Part shown: positions 58,476 through 64,000 of the stretch, in pieces
How positions within the stretch are numbered: position 1 is the first letter of the stretch
Layout of the letters: each line of letters opens with the position of its first letter
Assembly (NCBI GenBank): GCA_963668175.1
Contig: OY764159.1
Coordinates: 4,192,001 to 4,256,000, forward strand
From: Syntrophales bacterium
GTDB taxonomy: Bacteria; Desulfobacterota; Syntrophia; Syntrophales; PHBD01
DNA: 64,000 nucleotides
Reading direction: 5' to 3'
Position numbers and translations under genes: made by a program
Notes under the pieces: generated by a model
What the model saw: only the letters and a program-made list of their open reading frames with translations
What the model was told of the DNA's origin: nothing
Databases searched by the model: none

Positions 58476-59698
58476 CCCCTATACCCGCATAATTCCAAGA
58501 GCCAGCCATTGAGACGATTCAGAAGCAGATTGCGCTCGAAGTTGCCTTCAAAATATTCCCTCCCCCTTTCAGCCATACGTTCCCGCTCGGCAACCGGCAT
58601 CCGATAGAGTTTCAGGACTGTCTGCGCCAATTCATCGGGACTTTCCGCGGCGCATGTCAAGCCCGCACCGGCTTCTTCGACGACGCGGGCACCTTCCCCG
58701 TCCAAGGCAGCAATGATCGGCCTGGCACAGGCGAGATAGGATTGTACTTTACCCGGAATGGTCAGGGCAAATATGGGCTCCTTTTTCAGTGTAACCAGCA
58801 TGGCATCTGCCAGAGAAAAAAACTTGGGCATATCCTCCACGGGATATCGCCCGATCAAGTGAAATGTTGCGGAGAGGTTTCGTGCCGCGACTTGATCTTC
58901 AACCCATGATCTCAATCGGCCGTCCCCAATAATTACCCAATGTATATCCTTGTATTCTTTAATTTTTTCAGCGGCGTTTAATACTGTCTTAAAATCCTGG
59001 GCCGCACCGATGTTTCCCGCAAATACGATGCGGAATCCTAACGGCATCAGAGAACGTTCGGACGCATCAGAGGGAAGCGTCATTTTTCTGTATAACTCTT
59101 CAGCACCGTTCGGGAAATACCGTATTCTCTCCTTAACGATACCCTCTCTTTCAATATAGGATGAAAAAGTACGCGACTGCATCATGATCATGTCGCAATT
59201 TCTGTATATCGTTCTAATAAATATTCTTACGAATTTCAACAGATATGCTGCTTTTATAGCACCCGTTGCAGAAAGGCTCTCCGGCCAGATATCCTGCGCC
59301 CAATAGACGACTTTCGCCTTCTTAAGCATTTTAAAAAGGATCGCAGGAATACCTTCCGTAAAGGGCGACAGGCTAAAGAGGATCAGGTCATACTTCTTTC
59401 TGCAGTAGAACTGCCCCAATACGGAGGCACACAATGTGAATGACAGATAATTTATAATTAACCGCATTGTCCCGCCTGGTCCTCTCGGAATAAGCGGGAC
59501 CCTGACAACATCCACTCCTTGGTAGTTTTCTCTTCTTTTATTGCAACATGTATATCCGGAAAAATATTTACCACCCGGATAGTTCGGAATACCCGTCAGC
59601 ACGGTAACATCGTGCCCCTTTTCCCGCAAACCCGATATGACGTCATTATTCCGGAAGCTCTCCGGCCAGAAGTACTGCGTGATAAAGAGTATATTCAT
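58472..59698 (-). CDS. GT4 glycosyltransferase (WbuB-like)
   Basis: TQYFWPE, TGIPNYP, QDIWPES, FAGNIG.AQ, PGK.QSYLA. Confidence 0.9.
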   Translation of the reverse strand: MNILFITQYFWPESFRNNDVISGLREKGHDVTVLTGIPNYPGGKYFSGYTCCNKRRENYQGVDVVRVPLIPRGPGGTMRLIINYLSFTLCASVLGQFYCRKKYDLILFSLSPFTEGIPAILFKMLKKAKVVYWAQDIWPESLSATGAIKAAYLLKFVRIFIRTIYRNCDMIMMQSRTFSSYIEREGIVKERIRYFPNGAEELYRKMTLPSDASERSLMPLGFRIVFAGNIGAAQDFKTVLNAAEKIKEYKDIHWVIIGDGRLRSWVEDQVAARNLSATFHLIGRYPVEDMPKFFSLADAMLVTLKKEPIFALTIPGKVQSYLACARPIIAALDGEGARVVEEAGAGLTCAAESPDELAQTVLKLYRMPVAERERMAERGREYFEGNFERNLLLNRLNGWLLELCGYRG

Positions 59699-59744
59699 TT
59701 TTTATCTTTGATGTCTACGCCCGATCTTATTTTTTTCTTATCTC

Positions 59745-61190
59745 TTATTTTTCAAAAGCCCTCTTCACAGGTACGTCTATATGTCCATTTCTCTTCGCAT
59801 AATATCCGCATACCCGATTGACCAGATAAATGATCCCAATATTCATGATGATTGCCCCAAAGAGAAGATAGCTTTGCCCTGGAACATATCCGAAATGTGC
59901 ATATCTGTAGGCAACGACTTGTCCAATCAAAGAACATAAAATCATATTCCCTCCGCCTAATTTATATACTACTATCTCAATTGCCGCAGCCAAGATTCCA
60001 AGAAGGACCATGGATATGAATAATACAGCCGAAGAGCCCTGATAATAGAAGAAACCTAAAACTCCGGGTACCGTTATAAAATGATGTTTTTTGGAATTCA
60101 TCGTGTCATATCCCGTCTTTGCTATATTTAAATCGTAAATGCTCGTACCGTAATCCGAATATTTTTCTTTCCAAACTTCTTTCCATAATTCCTGACCTAA
60201 TTTTCCATAACTCGATATCGCCAGAACACCCTCTATACCTACCCATCTGTTAACGAATAAGTTGTATGTCCTTCGCGTCACGTAACTAATTTTACTATCC
60301 ACGCTAGTCTCATGAATCGCGTTAGAATCATAATTGAATTTTCTCTCTCTTATCATGTTAACCGAGAATACTGAGCCTATAAACAAGAAAATGAACACAG
60401 CAAACACCACGATCTTGAATTTAGAAGTCATTCTGCAATCCCTATTTCTATCTATCTCAGCTGCTCCAAAAAAAAGCGCACTTGCATTAATGATCATAGC
60501 TCTACTCAGTATCGATATGCTCGAACAAAACGTTTCGAACAAGCTTATCACGGCTACTACGTAAATATCTTTTCTGTACCTAAGTTCGCATTCTATCACA
60601 ATTGCGGAAATTGATGCTAAACCAAAGAGCAATAACCATGTGTATACTCCATTGAGGCCAAAAGGCAGCACCGTTTCCGCAGCCAGTCCTCTTTGATACA
60701 CCCCAAGCCAGACATTTGTTGCTGCAATTATGACGACGAACGATACAAATGTTCCCAAGACAGCGCCTCTATTCTTTCTATAGAATATGCTCAGGTAGTT
60801 TTCGCCCGCATTTTTCGCATTTTTTTCATGACACCATATTTTTTCTCTTATGTAACTCGCGATAATTAATCCCGCAGCCCCGATGGTGCATACTAACAAC
60901 GCTCTGTCTGATGCGGGTCCCGAATAATCGAAATTGCCTGTCGCTTCAATAAATCGATATTTACAGAACAAAAGCACATATGTATATTTCATCCAAAATC
61001 CGAGCCAAAGGAATATACCGATGAATGTATCGAAAAATATTCTTTTCCGTCGGAACCCCGTGACTAACAAAATGTTAAATACTATCGAAAATAGTATATA
61101 TATATATGCATGCCCCGGATATATGTAAGATGCCGTAATTATTAATATCGAAATTATGCAATATATTATAGACGACATCCTTGGCATCAA
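59745..61190 (-). CDS. Multi-TM membrane protein, probable O-antigen polymerase (Wzy-like)
   Basis: About 10-11 TM helices with a large loop; AT-rich; located in the O-antigen cluster. Confidence 0.55.
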   Translation of the reverse strand: MMPRMSSIIYCIISILIITASYIYPGHAYIYILFSIVFNILLVTGFRRKRIFFDTFIGIFLWLGFWMKYTYVLLFCKYRFIEATGNFDYSGPASDRALLVCTIGAAGLIIASYIREKIWCHEKNAKNAGENYLSIFYRKNRGAVLGTFVSFVVIIAATNVWLGVYQRGLAAETVLPFGLNGVYTWLLLFGLASISAIVIECELRYRKDIYVVAVISLFETFCSSISILSRAMIINASALFFGAAEIDRNRDCRMTSKFKIVVFAVFIFLFIGSVFSVNMIRERKFNYDSNAIHETSVDSKISYVTRRTYNLFVNRWVGIEGVLAISSYGKLGQELWKEVWKEKYSDYGTSIYDLNIAKTGYDTMNSKKHHFITVPGVLGFFYYQGSSAVLFISMVLLGILAAAIEIVVYKLGGGNMILCSLIGQVVAYRYAHFGYVPGQSYLLFGAIIMNIGIIYLVNRVCGYYAKRNGHIDVPVKRAFEK

Positions 61191-61259
61191 TCCTATTCCT
61201 TGTTTAGGATATTCACGATTTAATTGACGATCATTCGTTGAAGTATAGCTTACGCCTTG

Positions 61260-63773
61260 TTAGAACCATCTAGGTCGGCATTTTTCATTCCCGATAACTT
61301 CTTCTTTCACGATTTCACTATCGCTTTTTCTTTGAATCATTTTCGAAAGCAATATTCCCCATATAAAAAAAGTGAAGATACCAGAGTAGGGCTGCCTGAG
61401 TCCGACTTTGACAAAATTATCAACAAATACAAGGTACATAACGATGATGCTTAAGACTAAATATTCAGGCGACTCCAGTATAAAGTGACGCTGTCTAAAT
61501 ATTTGGTGTGCTGAATAACCAATAAGAAATATCAATGGGATGAACGAGATAAAACCATAATTATAGATTAGATCCAAATAATAATTATGAGCACTCGGCA
61601 TTTCGTTCCTGTTCGGCCTTTGAACATTTCCAAAAAGAAATGGTTTAATGCCAGTCGTAATCCGCTGAAGATGATGACTCCAGTATTCTCTTCTTTGATA
61701 AGTCTTTTGGTTATTTAACTTATCAATCAGCGGAACGTTGCTGGTTGAAATATTTATCGGCTTATTCAGATCCTGCAGATCGCCCTTATGGAAAGCCGCA
61801 CTCACGATGTATCCTCCGAGACTTAAGTATCCATTGTTATTTTTCCCATAATATAAATATACGAATGACAACGTGAGTGCAATCGCGATTGAGATAATTA
61901 TAAGTTTATCAAAGTACTGTTTATAATAAATAACCAATAATGTTATGCCGAGATAAAATAATGATATAGTAGTAATCGAAACCGACATCGTAGCGTAGAT
62001 ACTGACGATCGGAATATAAATCAGCAAGATCAACCTAAAACGCTTCTCCCTCCAAAAAGCATATATAGCCATCAAAAAGGCGCAAACCAAAACTAGCGGC
62101 ACATATTGCAGATGTTGGTAAATGCTGAATAGAAATACTTTCGGATAAAGGAAATATGTTCCCTGAAGCCAGGTAGATAATAGTTGCAATGGTATAATTA
62201 TCATTACAACATATAGAAATGCTCTGTACATGGTCCCTTCTTCATCCTTAAGGTTCCCATAAAGTTGTCCCAACACAAGTGCCACCATGGGCAATATGAA
62301 TTGCAGCAAGAATATGAGTTTTGCACTCATCCGCTCATGATTCATCCCGGAAGATGCGAAGGAAGCGATTAACATCGCGACATACATGGCAAACAGAAAG
62401 CTCAGGGAAAGATATGCATGTCTGTATCTGCTGATTAACGGGATGAATATAAAACACGCGAAGGCAGAGATTGGAATCGGCAGATTTGATAAGATACCGC
62501 GTGAATCAAAGACCATGGCCGAATCGCTAAATATACCTGAATTAAACTGAACAAACACCGGAAGAAGGATTAATGCGGCAACGACCATTTTGAAGGAGCT
62601 TTTAGATGCAAACACAAATTCTTTACTAGCCCCGATATCTTGCCTCTCGGAGCACCAATAAAACACATAGGCGAGAATTGCGCTGATCAAATACAAAACC
62701 ATTAATGCGTTAATGCCCAAGATATAATACATATAAGGCACACATGCTATAATAAGAAGATTCATCAATAAATCCGGACCGAATAGATTGTTGTCGTCAT
62801 GTAATTGAAGTATACGAAAACGGATCATTTGCGCGTAAACCATAACAACGCCGCCAACGAGAGATGCGCCAATTGAACCCCATAAGAGGTTGGATCTTTT
62901 TAGATATGCTAAAGATACATTATACAATTCAGGATATTGAGAGCAGATAAAGAGAACCATGCCCGATATTACAGTGAAGCCAAGCAGTAAATTAATCCTA
63001 AAGGTAAAGAAGGATTGCCTGTTTACATCTTCGTAAAGAACGACGCTCGGTCCTAATACTTGCGCGAATAAAGATCCGATCATTCCACCTAATGCAAAGG
63101 AAGTGAAGAGAATCCCGGCTATTTCTTTGCCGGCAATCAAGAGTATAATTAGTCTAAACACATACAGGGTGACGCCAATAATCATCGTCGAGCCGAATTG
63201 CGGGAGCATCAGGCGCCATAAAAACTGAAATGATGTTTCACTTTGCAATGTCCCATATACGAATCTTGCCGACAACAAGAATGGTGAAAGAGCCCATATA
63301 TACAAACCCAAAAAAGGCACGGGAAGGGAATAGAGAAGCCAGACCACAGCTATAAGGAAGCCAACTATTTGTAGGCATATAAAATTACGGGCAAATGTTT
63401 TATGATTCTCCAATTCCATTTTGCTCAGATGTATATCTGATATCCATTCCACACACCGTCTTAAAATAAGGGCAACAACAAAGTAGACACTTGCGTCACT
63501 CGATATCGAACACAAGAAATACGCTACGAGGGCTAACGGCAGAAGCAAAATCAATCGGGTCCAAGTGATTGATTCGATACTTATTTGTGACAAGGGATTC
63601 AGGATAATACTTCGAGAATTAGCCGAGAACGAGAGAAAAAGGGCGGCAATCGCCCCTTGTATAATACCAACATCCGCTGCAAGATGAGATTGTCCGCTTA
63701 TGCCGAGAATAACCATCAGGGCAGTCATGGCGAAAGTATTCCATGCAAATGCAATGGGAAACAGATAGTTCAT
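61260..63773 (-). CDS. Large polytopic protein: flippase-like N-half plus O-antigen ligase/polymerase-like C-half
   Basis: About 20 TM helices; C-terminal R...W....FG....SAHNYYLDLIYNYG (Wzy_C/WaaL-type HN motif). Confidence 0.6.
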   Translation of the reverse strand: MNYLFPIAFAWNTFAMTALMVILGISGQSHLAADVGIIQGAIAALFLSFSANSRSIILNPLSQISIESITWTRLILLLPLALVAYFLCSISSDASVYFVVALILRRCVEWISDIHLSKMELENHKTFARNFICLQIVGFLIAVVWLLYSLPVPFLGLYIWALSPFLLSARFVYGTLQSETSFQFLWRLMLPQFGSTMIIGVTLYVFRLIILLIAGKEIAGILFTSFALGGMIGSLFAQVLGPSVVLYEDVNRQSFFTFRINLLLGFTVISGMVLFICSQYPELYNVSLAYLKRSNLLWGSIGASLVGGVVMVYAQMIRFRILQLHDDNNLFGPDLLMNLLIIACVPYMYYILGINALMVLYLISAILAYVFYWCSERQDIGASKEFVFASKSSFKMVVAALILLPVFVQFNSGIFSDSAMVFDSRGILSNLPIPISAFACFIFIPLISRYRHAYLSLSFLFAMYVAMLIASFASSGMNHERMSAKLIFLLQFILPMVALVLGQLYGNLKDEEGTMYRAFLYVVMIIIPLQLLSTWLQGTYFLYPKVFLFSIYQHLQYVPLVLVCAFLMAIYAFWREKRFRLILLIYIPIVSIYATMSVSITTISLFYLGITLLVIYYKQYFDKLIIISIAIALTLSFVYLYYGKNNNGYLSLGGYIVSAAFHKGDLQDLNKPINISTSNVPLIDKLNNQKTYQRREYWSHHLQRITTGIKPFLFGNVQRPNRNEMPSAHNYYLDLIYNYGFISFIPLIFLIGYSAHQIFRQRHFILESPEYLVLSIIVMYLVFVDNFVKVGLRQPYSGIFTFFIWGILLSKMIQRKSDSEIVKEEVIGNEKCRPRWF

Positions 63774-63878
63774 AATTTTATGCAGATATAATATACATTA
63801 TGAATATTAAATACAAGTAAAATGATTAAATATTATCACGCACATTAACACACGAATATCTTTTTATTCGCGGGTTAA

Positions 63879-64000
63879 TCATTCCTCATCCAACTCTCCA
63901 ATGGCCTTCCATGTCAGGATAGACGTATCTTTCCAGTCATATATCAGGGAACGTTCTTTCGCCTGCATGGATAACCTCTCAATTTCCGTAGGCTTATCGA
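63879..64000 (-). CDS. C-terminus of a probable GT4 glycosyltransferase (partial)
   Basis: Not in ORF track; ...DKPTEIERLSMQAKERSLIYDWKDTSILTWKAI...* resembles the final GT4 helices. Confidence 0.6.
   Translation of the reverse strand, partial: DKPTEIERLSMQAKERSLIYDWKDTSILTWKAIGELDEE

Noticed and set aside
1..64000. Many remaining overlapping or antisense ORFs; tRNA/rRNA/CRISPR search by eye
   Set aside because: They are shadows of well-supported genes; no cloverleaf, rRNA-like segment or repeat-spacer array was recognised.

Overview
A gene-dense chromosomal window, most likely from an anaerobic Desulfobacterota (Syntrophales-like; inferred from gene content only). Left to right it holds a partial CoA-transferase, an AceTr/SatP transporter, a Ddl-like ligase, znuABC-type genes, sodB, radC, ihfB, rluB-scpB-scpA-trpS and hup. 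Next come an HD-GYP regulator, a K+ channel / cNMP-binding / sigma-54 activator block, a divergent EF-G paralog, housekeeping genes, a B12-radical SAM fusion, a CCA enzyme and an NlpC/P60 protein. A mixed accessory region follows, then an ~18 kb minus-strand LPS/O-antigen cluster that becomes AT-rich at the right edge. The strongest signals are absent from the ORF track. (1) Just downstream of the sigma-54 activator gene lie three palindromic enhancer-like sites, a canonical -24/-12 promoter, and a ~200-nt non-coding unit. That unit is built from two ~93-nt repeats, each with an identical stem displaying an anti-Shine-Dalgarno loop, and ends in a U6 terminator: a putative undescribed sigma-54-controlled sRNA system. 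(2) A 71-aa glutaredoxin-like selenoprotein has two in-frame UGA codons, each followed by a SECIS-like hairpin, and lies ~1.8 kb from a glycosyltransferase carrying SenB-like motifs. Also notable: a desulforedoxin/histone-H1-like fusion, a Ddl with S->C and Y->F changes at specificity positions, a CTG-initiated MBL hydrolase and a flippase/ligase-like fusion. No rRNA, tRNA, CRISPR array or intact transposase was seen. All family calls come from motif recognition by eye; no database was searched.
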